From Marsupella aquatica (taxonomy: Eukaryota; Plantae; Marchantiophyta): 64,000 nucleotides of DNA. The first letter of the stretch is position 1. Each line of letters starts with the position of its first letter. Both the position numbers and the translations under genes were made by a program. The stretch spans positions 24,241,899 through 24,305,898 of the forward strand of contig OZ316891.1 of assembly GCA_973895155.1 (NCBI GenBank), read 5' to 3'. This document shows, one piece after another, positions 1 through 12,258 of the stretch. The notes beneath the pieces are model-generated. The model searched no databases. It saw only the letters and a list, made by a program, of their open reading frames with translations, and was not told the DNA's origin.

Positions 1-1002
1 TATTTCTGGTCTTATCTCAGTGGAATCAAGAAATGCCCCATGTGATTCTCGTGCGCCTTCGCCGATACTGGCTTTATAGAGCGCGACCAGATGTGCAGGT
101 GCTCTACATTGTTTCTGGACATGACCTTTCGTTCCACATCTGTAACAGGTCATGGCTTCTTCTGGTTTCTGTGGGTGGCTGCGAGGATTTGATCTGACTT
201 GCTGTGGCTGTTTCCAGGTATTGCTATTGTAGGTGTTTCGTGAACGGCCGCGGCCCCTGCCTGATGCGCGAAATTGGCCTCAACCGTCACTCCTAAAATC
301 GCCCCATCGGCCTCTAGAGGTATTTCTACCCCGTCCGTTGCCACGCCCTCTATAGGAACTTCCGGGGTCAGTGCGTGGATTATTAAAATGGGTCTCCGTG
401 TGGGGTTGGGGTGGTAAGGTACCCGGAGGCCTCTGCTTGGTGTTTTCTAGCAAAAGTATCTGGTGCTTTTCGGCAAGCAGCATATGGGCTATGAGCTCCG
501 AGTATTTGGTAAAGTTCATGTTTCGGTATTGTGTTGAAATGACCATGTTCGTAGAATGGAATGTAGAAAGAGTTTTTTCGATCTGTTCCTGATCATTCAC
601 CGATTTTTGACAGACTGCGAGTTGGGAGGTAATGCGGAACAGCTCACTATTGTAAGCTGCGATGGTTTTGTGATCTTGCACCTTCAGATTGATCCAATCG
701 TGTAGGGCCACCGGGAGGAAGATTGTTCGGGTATGGTCAAATCTAGAAAGGAGTGCTTCCCACAATCGGCGTGGGTTGAGCTCGTTTAGATATTGAAGCT
801 TTAGTGGTTCAGTCAAATGTCGCCTGATTAAGATCAGCACTTGAGCTCGCTCCTGTAAAGTAGATCCTGTGTCGGAGGTGATCGTGTCTGCAATGTCTTT
901 GGATGTCAAGTGTGCCTCTATGTCCAATTGCCAAGAAAGATAGTTGGCGCCATCAATACTTAATGGCTGGAAATATAACTTTTCCATGGCTGCCGGAGGC
1001 AT
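1..1002 (-). pseudogene. gag: Copia gag (UBN2/Retrotran_gag-type N-terminus, RG-rich linker, CCHC zinc knuckle) with one in-frame nonsense codon
   Basis: ORF 1002-280 (LSIDGANYLSWQLDIEAHL...). Reading through TGA at 282-280 stays in frame into CYRCGTKGHVQKQC (147-106) and on to the window edge. Confidence 0.88.
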
Positions 1003-1411
1003 GATTACTATGATTATATGTAGTATGCGTTTCAGTGGCGGAAATACAATTTGTCTAGATTGATGAATTCACAAATTGATGACATGAATAAATGGAATGT
1101 GAAGAGCTTTCGTAATTGGAGGTGTTAGCTGGAGTGGTCGATTGTAATTTGCGTTGGTTGCTGCACTCCAGCCTCTCGCTTTGTCTGATTGTCCGATCGC
1201 GTTGTGCACGGCTGCTTGCACGCTCTCCTTGCCTCTGTTCGTAGTCTTGAAAACTTCACGCGGCGAGTGTATTGCGTGCGCGTTGGACGTTCATGAGACG
1301 CAACGCTTCGTGCAAAACCTTCACGCAGTGACTAAAGATCGGACAAGTGTGAGCGTGGTTCGTAGAAGGGCGGAGGAAAAAAATTTAAAGGAAAAAAAAC
1401 CAGAGCACTAC

Positions 1412-1425
1412 TCGTGCTGATAACG
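1412..1425 (-). promoter_or_regulatory. Primer-binding site complementary to the anticodon arm of tRNA-Ile (half-tRNA priming)
   Basis: CGTTATCAGCACGA immediately inside the LTR end; identical 14-mer at 37585-37598. Confidence 0.8.
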
Positions 1426-1724
1426 TGTTGGACCATGACAAGATGGAAAAAGATCTCGTGTATACTCCCAAGGAGAAGAATAAGTACATGCGGCTTGAAG
1501 GCCGTTGCCCTGAGGTAGTTATCCTAACTGAGTTAGGTAGAACTCTAGTTAGGCAAGTAGAACTATGGTAAGTAGGTTTAACCTGGGTTACAACAGAACC
1601 ATATATATTAGGGTCAATAATTAATTTAGAGCCAAAACATTTTCATAGAGCCTACATATTTTCTTAGACATATAGAATAACCAATAATATACCATCATGG
1701 GCAACGATTTATGAACATAAACTC

Positions 1725-2075
1725 AAATGAACTATAGTTTCTAGTCTGAAATAAATAGTTAACGGTTCAAGCCATGGTTCTCACTAAGTTTTGCATACAC
1801 TAACAACAAACCATGGGTCACACTTTCAATAAGCTAGTTACAATGAACCATGGTTCATGCTCTCAAATAAACTAACAATAAAGAATGGTTCATACTTTGA
1901 AATAAACTATCAACGAACCATGGTTTGCACTTATCACATAAAATAACAAACAAGGATATATCCTAGGAAAATAACTCTCACATGAGCGAATAATAACAAT
2001 CTTTATGTCAATTGACAATGAACTCTGGTTGACACCTTGGAAGGTCACATCACTTACAAAGGAAGCATGGTTGAT
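1725..2075. repeat. Degenerate ~36-38 bp minisatellite with palindromic core AACCATGGTT
   Basis: Cores near 1730, 1770, 1809, 1847, 1881, 1916, 2021 and 2063; the same core recurs at about 9089, 9695 and 9796. Confidence 0.6.
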
Positions 2076-3034
2076 ACTGAATATGGCATAAAAATAACAA
2101 CACTTAATATTTGCATTGAAGTGAAATAATTACCTAGATTTGATATTTTGTCCTTAAATGCTTCACGAAGTTTTCCCTCCAATATAGGTCCTCACCCCTC
2201 AAGCAAGTTTTCAAATAGTTTTGTGGAATCTGGCCCTTCCACTAAAGATTTGATCATCGATTCTGGATTTTCCAACATTCGAAGTATTGTGTCAAGTGAA
2301 CCAATTGTGGCATTGGCATCAGGTGCCCACACTCCAACATTATATTGAGCAATAGCTTTTGGACCATGGCCATGAGTCAAAATACCAGTCAAGGTGATTG
2401 GAAGTTTAATTGCACCATCCACTTCTTTCGGACAAAAGGGCATCCTTGGTAGTGTAGTCTTACAATGATCCATTTTATCATGAATTATGCATAAGACCTG
2501 TTTTGGATTATCAACAGACTGGCGTCTCCAAGAGTGATATAATAATATGCCTTCGGTATGATCACGATGATGAGCGATTTCATCCCTCTTTAAAATCTCA
2601 ATCTCTTCTTTCACACCGGTCAGATTTGCTTTCCGTTGCATCAACTCACTACAAGTTGTTGTGATGCCTAGCCAGGAATCACTCGGCTAGTTTAAGTGGA
2701 AAAGGGAAGGGTACCCTAGAAACACCTTAGTATAGTTACAGAAATAAGGAAAATATAAACAATTAAGGGTGACTATGGAACCCAAGCCGAGGCCGGAAGT
2801 AAGGACGCCAGGGGAGAGAACACGATTAGGGTTAGGGCACGATAAGCGCCGGCGGCTAGGGGTCACCAACGGGAGAGAAACGCCAAGGAGGAGAGGGGTA
2901 AGGGCAGCTCGCGAGGAGTTGTGGCTCATTTGCAGGCATGAACTGGGCAGACGACTACGGGCGGCCAACTACTGTCAGCTGCTTAAGCAAGCACTCAGGG
3001 GGGAGCAGATACCGACTATCAACTCGATAAGGGT

Positions 3035-6000
3035 ATGAGCAACGTCAATCAAGCGGCACATTTTTGGGGATGCCTGTTCGAACGGGCAACTGAGTACATT
3101 GGGACTTACGAGGACGAAGAATCGGAGAGAGCAGCTCGAGAACGGCTGGAGCTAGCTCGATTGTGGGAGCTACAAAAAGCTGCCTTCTTAGGAGGAGAAC
3201 TCATCAAGGCCGAATTCTTGTGGACTCCTACTACCAATCAACTCGACGACCTTCTATTTTGCGAAGACAGAGTCATCGGCATCCGCGAGGCCATCAAACG
3301 CTGCAACGACATACACTGGGAGTTGAAGGGTAGCACGGAGGGGTGGACAAAGGCAACCGTGCTCGGAGAGACATCCACGGCAGCCAAGATGAAGAGGAAG
3401 GGAATGAACAACGACGAGGCCACCCCGGCAAAAAGAACGAGGTCGGCGGCACCAAACAGGCCAGCCGAACAGCAGAGCAGGAGGCAGAGAGAAGCCGAGG
3501 AGAAGGAGGTCGACCCCATCAACGCCGTTCCAACGAGAGATGACACCTGGAAAGGCTGGGCGGCGATCCTCCCCGAGGAGGTCCAATTACACTTTGCAAG
3601 AGAGAAGGATGCATGCTTTACGGCTATGCAGACTCGGAAATATCAGGGCTTCATGGCCGGATCCGGCTTGGAAGCCTTCGTAAGGTTACCGTGGCTGAAG
3701 CCGGAGGTGCCGAATTCAGACTTACTTGAATTCGTGGGATCATGGGAGTCCGAGACCAATTCCACAAGGGTGTATGGGAAGGAATTCTATCTCACTCCCC
3801 AGGTGATTGCCGAAGTGTTTGGCTTGCCGATGGGCAATAAGACCAAGGTAGATACCAGGAAGACCTTGCCAGACACGGAGTTCAGGTCGTTCCCAGGGCC
3901 TTCAACAAAGAATGGCTTCTTCCATAACACTTGCACCAACCCGCATATAGGAGACATGATCGATTTCTTGCGGGTGACCATGCATTGCAACTGGCCGAGA
4001 GCAGAGATCGGCAAGGCACAGGTCTATCTGGCAGAGAGGCCAGACCCAAGCCGGGACTACAACGGCTACCTCCTCACTCAACTAAAGAAGATCTTCAAGG
4101 AGGAACAGCTGGTGATCGGCAAGGGAAGCGTGTCCCAACTTGGCTATCACATGCCGCTATTGTGCCGGTATGCCCGAAGTAAGACCTTTGCCCCGGTACT
4201 TCCCCTACAGGCAAGGGCACCAGAGGAGGTTCCAAAACAGAGGCCGGCAACGGAGAAACCCAACCCACCCGACAATCCTACAATCGAGCAGGTGTTTAGG
4301 CCAAGGATGGAGGACTTGCCGATGCAGCAACCAGGCATGCAGAATCTGCTGAAACTGCTGGAGAAAGAAAAGAGATCGGCATCGGCAACGACAACGGCAA
4401 CGGCAACAATGCAGGACACTGCTCCAGAGGTAGGCCTAAACCGGCTTACAAGGGAAAACCCCTTTACTGGAGTCAAGGAGAGAAGGAGGCCGGAACACGA
4501 GCCGGGAGTCCGGATGTATGTAGGAGCCTCTAGTCCCGAAGCCGAGGAGAAGCAGGCCGTAACTCCTGGCCACGACAAGGAGAACAGGAGATCAACACGG
4601 AAGCCGGAGGAGGAACCAAGACCGCAGGAGGTGAAGCCGTGTTCACGCCAAAACCAGGAGAGGAGCGGGAAAAGCCGGTAGTCCAAGCCGAGGAGGAGGC
4701 GGTGGAGGACTACAGCAATGATAACTCCGGCTATGGGTCGGATCATCATGTTCCAGGAGTAAGGACATGTGGCCCCGGTTCATCCCCACGCTCCCAAGAG
4801 TAGTCCGAGGGGACCCGAGCCAGCAGAGCAGCCCCGAGTCTCCCCCGCCAGATGTCGCTCCCACGAGCTTTGACGGCATAAAACAGACGGCGCAGGAATT
4901 TCAGGAGCAAATCAGGGAGGAAGAGGAGGCAGCCTTGGCTAGAGAGAAGGATTTACCAGGAGAGAATGGCCAGAGAACATCAGGCGGCTTGTAGAAAAAC
5001 GAGGCAGCCCGCCAGCCACAATAGAAGAGATCCGCAGGGCGGCTTGGGAACAAAGGCCGCGGTGGATGATGCCGATGACTTCTACTTCCTCCACCTATGC
5101 TAAAGACAGAGCCATGGAGTACGGGGAGATGTGTGGAGAACTGGCGCTCAGCATCTTTGGGGAGGAGTTGGAGCAGGGACCCTTTTTCCAGAGGGAGATG
5201 TTGGAGAAGCGCCAATTAGAAGAAGTGGTGGCCTTGGAAAGAAGCAAGAAGGACGAGGTCATCCGTCGGCTTAGGGAAAGGGAAGCCAAATCAAGGACCT
5301 GAGGGCGGCCAAGGAGGCCCAAGATGAGCTGCGGATTAAGCGGCATGAGCTAAATATCATGCAGGGCCAATTGGATACCGCACAATCTGATAATCGGATG
5401 ATCGAGAATCTACTGACGCGGACCCAAGGAGAGTTGGCCGATGTGATCAAAAAGAGGGAGAAGTGGAAGCGAGAGCTGAGGAATGCAGAGGAGGCCCACA
5501 TAACAGCCAACAATCGGGCCATGGCGGAGACCCAAAGAAAGGAATGGGCGTTGAAGGGGGAGCTCGAGAAAAGCCGCGGAGCCCTTGAGCAGAAGGAGGC
5601 CGAGTTAGGAAATCCTATCAAGGGATTATTGCGCTACAGCAGGAGCTTGCGTCCCTGACGGCCAGCTTCAAGGCCGACCTCAGGGAGAAGGACGATATGC
5701 TCAATCAGACTTACGCCAAGATGAACCAGATGGAGTCTGTCATCATTGCAGAGATCGACAAGGAGCTAAGAGCAACCCGGGAGGAGAGGGCTACCTTGAA
5801 GAAAGAACTGGAGGAAGCCCATAGGGAACGGGAGGAAGCCCAGAAAGAACTGGAGGAGGCGCGCAAGGACCTGGACGAGGTGCAGGAGGAGTTGGAGGAA
5901 AGCACGCGGAGGTTGGAGAACTTACAACAACAAGCCGACAACCAAACAGAGCGGCTGAAGAAACAAGCCGCAGTATTTAAGTGCTTGTCTTCATCAAGCC

Positions 6001-6434
6001 CAACTCCAATTGGGGCAACCAAGTTACCAGGAGTGGTATTGGCCGAAGAACAAGCCGCGCCACCTGCACCAGTGCAGGAAGTAAGTGGGAAGGGGAAGGG
6101 ACCAGCTGCCGAACCAGAAAAGAAGAAGAAGCGGAAACCTTCAGGGTCAAGGAGTAATACGACTCCACAGGCCGTGGTGACCAAGGAGGTAGATCCAGCA
6201 CCGACCCCAGACAGGGTCACGGCAAAGGATCCAACTACCCTAGAAGGAGGGGAGGCCAAAGCCATGGCTGATGTTGAGGCCGGTGCCGAGGCCGAAGCCG
6301 AAGGTGGACCCAGTCAGGCCGATGGAGAGTTGACTAAGTCCGGGGCAGGTAATCTGTCAGAAAATGAACCTACGGCAGTGGCTAAGGAGGAAGCGTTGGG
6401 GGCGTCCACTGAGGAACAGACACCGCTGCCATGA
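3035..6434 (+). pseudogene. LTR-encoded extra ORF (eORF-A), frameshifted copy
   Basis: Fragments 3035-4681, 4767-4994, 5066-5302, 5359-5658 and 5697-6434 are colinear with the continuous ORF at 49702-46565. Confidence 0.9.
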
Positions 6435-6621
6435 CAGTGGTGGAGGGCCGCTCCTTTCAAGGAGGGCGGACGTGGAGGGAGGAGGCGTGAGTGGGCAGGG
6501 CGGGCTTGAATCTCTAAGTTTAGGATTAGGATGAGGACGAGGAGGCGGCCCTGACACTTAGCTTAGTGGGATTGCGGTTCCACTGGTAAGAGCAACACTT
6601 GTACTCCTGCCTCGCTGTACA

Positions 6622-6674
6622 TAGGTAGATTCAGTTAGGTAGACTCAGTTAGGTAGATTCAGTTAGGTAGATTA
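6622..6674 (+). repeat. 14-bp tandem repeat (AGGTAGATTCAGTT) x about 3.7 within the solo LTR
   Basis: Directly visible; not expanded in the Gypsy-A LTR copies. Confidence 0.8.
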
Positions 6675-9600
6675 GGCTTACGCTGCAAGGAATAGGCGGA
6701 TCCACTACCAGGATAAATACCTGGGCTGCGGGGAGCTCAGGGCCTCTTCTTTAGCAAGTTTTTAGTTTGCACCAGCCGGGCTGGATCAAGTAGTAAGAGA
6801 AGCTCTCGGTTAGTCATACAATGACCTTGTGTATATTCATGTTTCCTCATGCCTAAGAGCTGAATAGAGTTGGCCTCACGGCTTAGTTCGCAGAGCTTGT
6901 GTATGAGATGTACTGTTTGTATGGCAAGTGCATGGTATGACTCAGTCAGAAGGAGTCATTTTACTATTTGTGTGTCGCATTAACTTGTGTGAAGAGTGCC
7001 CACATCAACTAATAGATGAAGGAAAGTAAGCAAGGGAGTGAGAGTTGGATGTGTCGAGCTGAGAGAGGTCTTAGCGGCTTAACCAAGCCTATTGGGGATC
7101 ATTCCGGCGGCGGAATCCAAATATACCTAACCAGAAGGAGAGGAAGACAAGGGAAGGCCTAGAGTAGGCCGGTTACATATCTCATGACCCGATGAAGGAT
7201 CTATCCAGTATATGTGTGTAAAATGTTAATAGTGGTAGTACAAGGAAGTTAGCAGCGTCCCATGTCGCTAAGCCGCGAAAACAGCCTCGCCAAGCGCGAA
7301 ACCTGCGGGAATCGGCTTGTGCTGGGGGGTTTCTTGGGTTTAGGGAGCCATGGGACGCACCACAATTGTACACTTGGAAAAGTTATTGCCTTTCTTATGA
7401 ATCGTCACTTCCTTGAAGTACTTTTGATGTAAAATACTCAATGTGGACTGGGAGATTGGTTGAAGACCAAGCTCTAAATTTGTAGCATTGAGCTTGTTCC
7501 TAATACTTTCCCAAGTATAACTTGTAGGTAGCTCCTTTAAAACTTGTCGAGATTTGTCTGCAATCGTCCTCATTTGTGCAGGATGAAGATCTGCGCACTC
7601 ATCAATCAACCCATGCAATGACATATAGGTTAATTTGAGAAACTCGTTCAGTCATCCTTCTCTTTCCTTGGTTTCCATGATAAGCTATCCTCACCCCATT
7701 ACCCACAGCCTTTCTGAGCTCATAGAATTGACTTCGCCCTTTGGAGTGCAAAATCCTCCATGCCTCCAAGCATATTGCCTTCCCTTCAATGATGATTAGT
7801 TTTTCAGTATTAGATAGTTCCAATATATTGACAATAGCATTGATCTCATACTCTTTTCGCATCTCAAATGATTTCTCCCAATAGTTCTCCCTAATCCCCC
7901 TTGCCACATGAGGGTCAAGAAGATGGCAGCACCGACAAAGGCAACATTTCTGTTTTCTGATTTCCTCCACATCTTCTTTGGAAAGGGACTTGTCTTTCTT
8001 TGACAAAGAAAGAGAAGGTTGTTTTCTTTTTCTGGTTATTGGAATGTATGATCTCTTTCAACTTGAAGCATCTAGATCCTCCTCCTCTGCATCTACAAAA
8101 AATGAGGCTAATAGCCTTCCGTTACTTGTGACGAGCCTATCCAATGGCCATGCCCTCAAACAATCTCTATGTTTCAGGTGATCATTGGTTGCACCTTGAA
8201 TATATTCATCGATCAAGATTCCCACATGTGTATTTCGAAGAGTAGTATCTCCCAATGTCACTTCTGGATTAACAGCCATTACTCTTGCAATGGCAAAGGC
8301 AAAATGTGTTTCATCAAGTACTTTAACAACCATTCCCATCCATAAACTTGTGGATGAAATTCGAAGAGGATTTCCACTAGATTCAACTCCATTCTCATTT
8401 GACCACTCCGGTTGGTTTCCTTGAGCTTCGTTCTCATTTGAGATCTCTGGTTGGTTGGTATCACTTCCATTGCTCGTTGAAGCTCCATTCTTGTATGAGG
8501 TATTAGGTAGGTATCCAGTAACCATTTCAAGTTGCTGAAGTTGACCTTTTTTCCAGACTAGAAAAGATCCTATCATGTCAGCCAAGCTTTCACCATGATC
8601 CCATTGAATTTCCCCATCAAATACTTCTTTCAAAGTAACAAGAACTTGAAGAGGCCCAAGAGGAACATTATGGCAAATCCGAGATGGATCCACACTTTGA
8701 ATGATACCCTTTGCAACCATTTTATTTGATATGCACAAACCTACGGTTTCACCGACAATAATCCAAGATGTCGCAATTATTTTATCTGCACATTCAATCC
8801 AAATCAAAGTTAACCTCTGTTCCTAAGATATAGTTGTTGTTTTTTTCTCTGAATATACCCAAGGGACCGTATACTTTTTGTCTTAGTTTTCCAGACCTAC
8901 TTTGTTTCCCTTGTTTCTCAATAGCCTTGAACTCTCGTGTAATTGTCTGAGATGAGTTGCCCTCACAACTAAGTTGGCAGGTTGTTACTTACCATTGAGT
9001 TCAAGAAGCAGTGTGTACATTTGACCCAAAACCCTAAACTACTTCATACTTAAATGATGTCTTACCACAAGATGGCAACTGCGCACAAACCATGGTTCGC
9101 TCCATTAATGAGAATATAAGAAAAGTACTAAGGCGTATAATTACCATGACTATCTTTTATCATATTATAGATATGAAGTGTTTCTTATGGGGTGTTTTTA
9201 TAGTATTGTCATCAAGAAACAGTGTTCAGGCTAGGTTTAAATTCACCATGAATGATACATGTTAAAACAAAAGCAAATCAGTATTACAAGAGAAAGTCAT
9301 CTTGCATTATAATTGTTTGATGTGTAATAATTCCATCAGTTTAGAATTCATAAGAAAGTCTTTATCAAATGTATTCTATTGGACTTATGTATGAGTTTCT
9401 CTTGACCAGAATGTAAACAATATTAAAGAGAGTTATAATCATACTTAAGCAAAGCAGGAGACTGAGGTTCATGTATCATATAGATCATGTGACTATGAAC
9501 TATGGTTTGTGGCCTTTGGTCATAGTCACATTTTTATTTTTCTAGCTAGGAGTATACTAGTTAGTTTGGTAATTTACTCCTAGTTTTAGATGATGTTGCT

Positions 9601-9895
9601 AAATAAGGCTCATTAATTCAAGGGCTACGTACCATGATTTGCACTCACCTTTCATTTTCCCATCTACAAGTTGAGTTAGTTTGATATGGTTTGAACCATG
9701 GTTTGAAGTCACTTTTTACATGTAGGTGTAGAGTTGGTTCACTCCGAGTATTAGATAATTAATGCCATCAGATAAGCCTCTTACTAGGCAAAAAAACCAT
9801 GGTTCATGGTCACTTTTTAAAGTTTTGATCATTGACAACAGACTGGTGGATCGGCCAGGGTTAACCCAATACCTACTCCAATAAGAAGAATTCAA

Positions 9896-12258
9896 ATGGC
9901 CAGGAATAATATTCGCTATGACACCTTCAAAGGGGCATCTAAAGAAGATGCTGAGACATTTTTAAGGGAATTCAAAGCTGCGGCTACCTCCAATGGACAA
10001 ACTCAAGACGCTGAGAAAGCCACCATTTTTGGAGGATTATTAAAGAAAAATGCCCAGAAATGGTATGACAGATTTCCAGATAAAAATGATTGGGGGAAAA
10101 CTAAAATAGCCTTTCTAGACAAATATAAAGAGGATGGAGTTGAAGCAAGGGCCTTTGCAAGGATTTCTCAGCTAACTATGAAGAAACATGGTTCAGTGAG
10201 GAAATATGCAGACAAGTTACTTGATCTGGTGGATAAGTATAATCCTAACACGGCAAAATCGACCACACGAGATTGGTTTATCAATGGATTACCATCCCGT
10301 ATTGCAAGGTATGTAAGAAGGGAACGTGGTACCACTTTTGAGGAGGCACAAGAAGCCGCCCAAAAATATGTAGACTCAGAGGTTTCAGAGAAGAAACGAG
10401 TAAAGAAAGATCTAAAGAAAAATAAAAGGAAGGATAAAAAGAAAAAGAGAAAGACGTCTAAGTCCTCCTCAAGCTCTGAAACTGATGGAAGTAACACCAC
10501 CAGTACTGAAGAAACGAGTAGGGACTCGAGTTCTAGTAGCGATACCAGTTCTGATTCAAGTTCTGAAGAGGTGGATGCTGCTAAGAAGAAAAGAATGCAG
10601 AAAAGTACGGTCCCTCAAAAAGCTAAAAATCTGGATAAAATGATGGATTCCTTAACTAGTAAATTAACTAAGCTTTCTGTTAATACTGCTGTGCTTAAAC
10701 CACCTCGGAAAATTCCTCCCACTATTCAAAATAATGTTTGGTGTACCCGTTGTAATAACCAAGGATATTATCATCATGAGTGCCCCACTTTACAGCGTGC
10801 TGTAAATTTTGGAGAGGAAGCAGAAATGATGGATTATGGAGATATATATGCAGTTCAAGCACCATTTGCGGGACAATATTTCCACCCCCTACAGCTCCTA
10901 TTACTTGGGCTCAACCAAAAGCACCCGGTCCGTCTTCTTTTAATCGGCCAACACCACGACCACCAATGGGACCACCAAGAGGATATCCGCCAAGAGGGGT
11001 ACCAAGAGAACGAGGTACTTGCTACAATTGTGGCCAATTAGGACACTATTCACCAGACTGTCCGTATCCAAATAGAGAAGTGGGATATACCCCCATTTGC
11101 GGAAATTGTGGAAAAGAAGGTCACCTCCCTGTGGAATGTCTGAACCCACCTAAGCCTAAAATGATGGTGAGATTTGCTAAGGAACCCGTGAAGGAAGCTC
11201 CCCGACCAGAGGAAGTCAGGATGATATACAGTCAAGAAGATACCGACCAGTGTGGACGTGTAACTATTGAAACAAGTGCAGAGGAAGAAACAAAAGTACA
11301 TAATATCTATACTCAACCACTGTCAGGAACCATTGTAGATATCGACTTAAAACACCTGGTGCAAGAAAATGTCATTGGGATGCCTAATAAACAAATTCAG
11401 GAAAGAGACCAAATTCTGGAAACTTATGCTACCACAAGGTCTAAGTCTCATCAAGTGAAGAAGCATAAGGACGAGGACCCCAGGAGTAAGAAATCCTCCA
11501 AGAGGAAAGGCAAGTCAAGAATTCCAGCGGAAGAAGGTATTCCTAAGGAGGATGACCCAGCTTACGACAGGTATGATCCAAAATATTTTCAACCAGACAT
11601 ATCAGAAGAAATTAAGGCTCAGTTACATGAGTTAACTGAAGAAATACCCGTTGCAGTGGAAAAGGAAGCTAATCTTAGAGAAGGAAAGAACTCTGAACAA
11701 ACAGTTAATGTACCAGTAACCACTAAGCCACAAGGTTACAATATTGTAGAAGCAGTAAAGAATCAACCGGCAAATATTACAGTTGGGGAATTACTGCAAG
11801 ACAACCCTACCTATAAAAAGCAATTAAGAACCTTGCTCACCGGCAAAAGGAGGAAAAGAAAGTTACCTTCAGTCGAGGCTATGCGAATTGAATGGGATGA
11901 TAAGGGACCACCAGAGATAGAAGTTCAAATCCTGGGTTGTGTATTAACAGACGTACCAGTTGACGGTGGATCAAGTGTAAATATTATGACAGAAGAGACC
12001 GCTTCCAATCTTGGATTGACTACATTTGAGAAGACTTTACAAATCCTAAGAATGGCTGACCAGTCAAGAGTTGTACCAGTAGGGAAACTTATTGGCGTTG
12101 CCACTGTTATTGGAGGTCTAACATTTCTTTTAGATTTTTTGGTTATTCGGCCGGAAGTGTCCTCTACTTTTCCTTTACTCTTAGGAAGGCCCTGGTTGTA
12201 TAAAGCAAAAGTCAAAGTTGATTGGGAACATTGTCGGATGTCCTTTGGAAAACCATGA
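9896..12258 (+). pseudogene. gag: Gypsy-B gag + aspartic protease (frameshift near 10880)
   Basis: Retrotrans_gag-like (EDAETFLREF...WFINGLP), CCHC knuckles CYNCGQLGHYSPDC and CGNCGKEGHLPVEC, protease VPVDGGSSVN...LLLGRPWL. Confidence 0.9.

Larger units (their letters stand above)
1..1639 (-). mobile_element. Ty1/copia LTR retrotransposon, 5' part (Copia-1; Bianca/Lyco-type PBS), continues off the left edge
   Basis: Copia gag ORF; PBS CGTTATCAGCACGA (minus, 1425-1412) directly after ...AACA; putative 214-bp LTR 1426-1639 (minus reads TGTTTTGG...CCAACA) with TATATAT near 1601-1608. The outer LTR boundary is inferred, as no second copy is in the window. Confidence 0.85.
2660..7364 (+). mobile_element. 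Solo LTR (4705 bp) of the Gypsy-A family, gene-containing
   Basis: TGTGATGCCTAG...GGACGCACCACA; reverse-complement homolog of 45447-50075 over its full length; flanks GTTGT (2655-2659) and ATTGT (7365-7369) give a 4/5 TSD; it interrupts another ORF; no PBS, gag or pol adjacent. Confidence 0.93.
2132..8822 (-). pseudogene. Sola/DUF7869-like DNA-transposon transposase, frameshifted and split by a solo LTR
   Basis: Fragments 8807-8058, 8006-7602, 7624-7365 and 2659-2132. Removing 2660-7364 and one TSD rejoins NNFSKCT-TCSELMQR. Motifs CCxCxCC..R..YW, GKAICLEAWRILH, FSKCxxC, IIHDKMDHCKTTLP and LTGILTHGHG; probable GT donor near 2133. Confidence 0.6.

Noticed and set aside
1725-2075. CRISPR-like palindromic repeats with spacers
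   Set aside because: The inter-core sequences resemble each other (degenerate minisatellite) and the context is eukaryotic.
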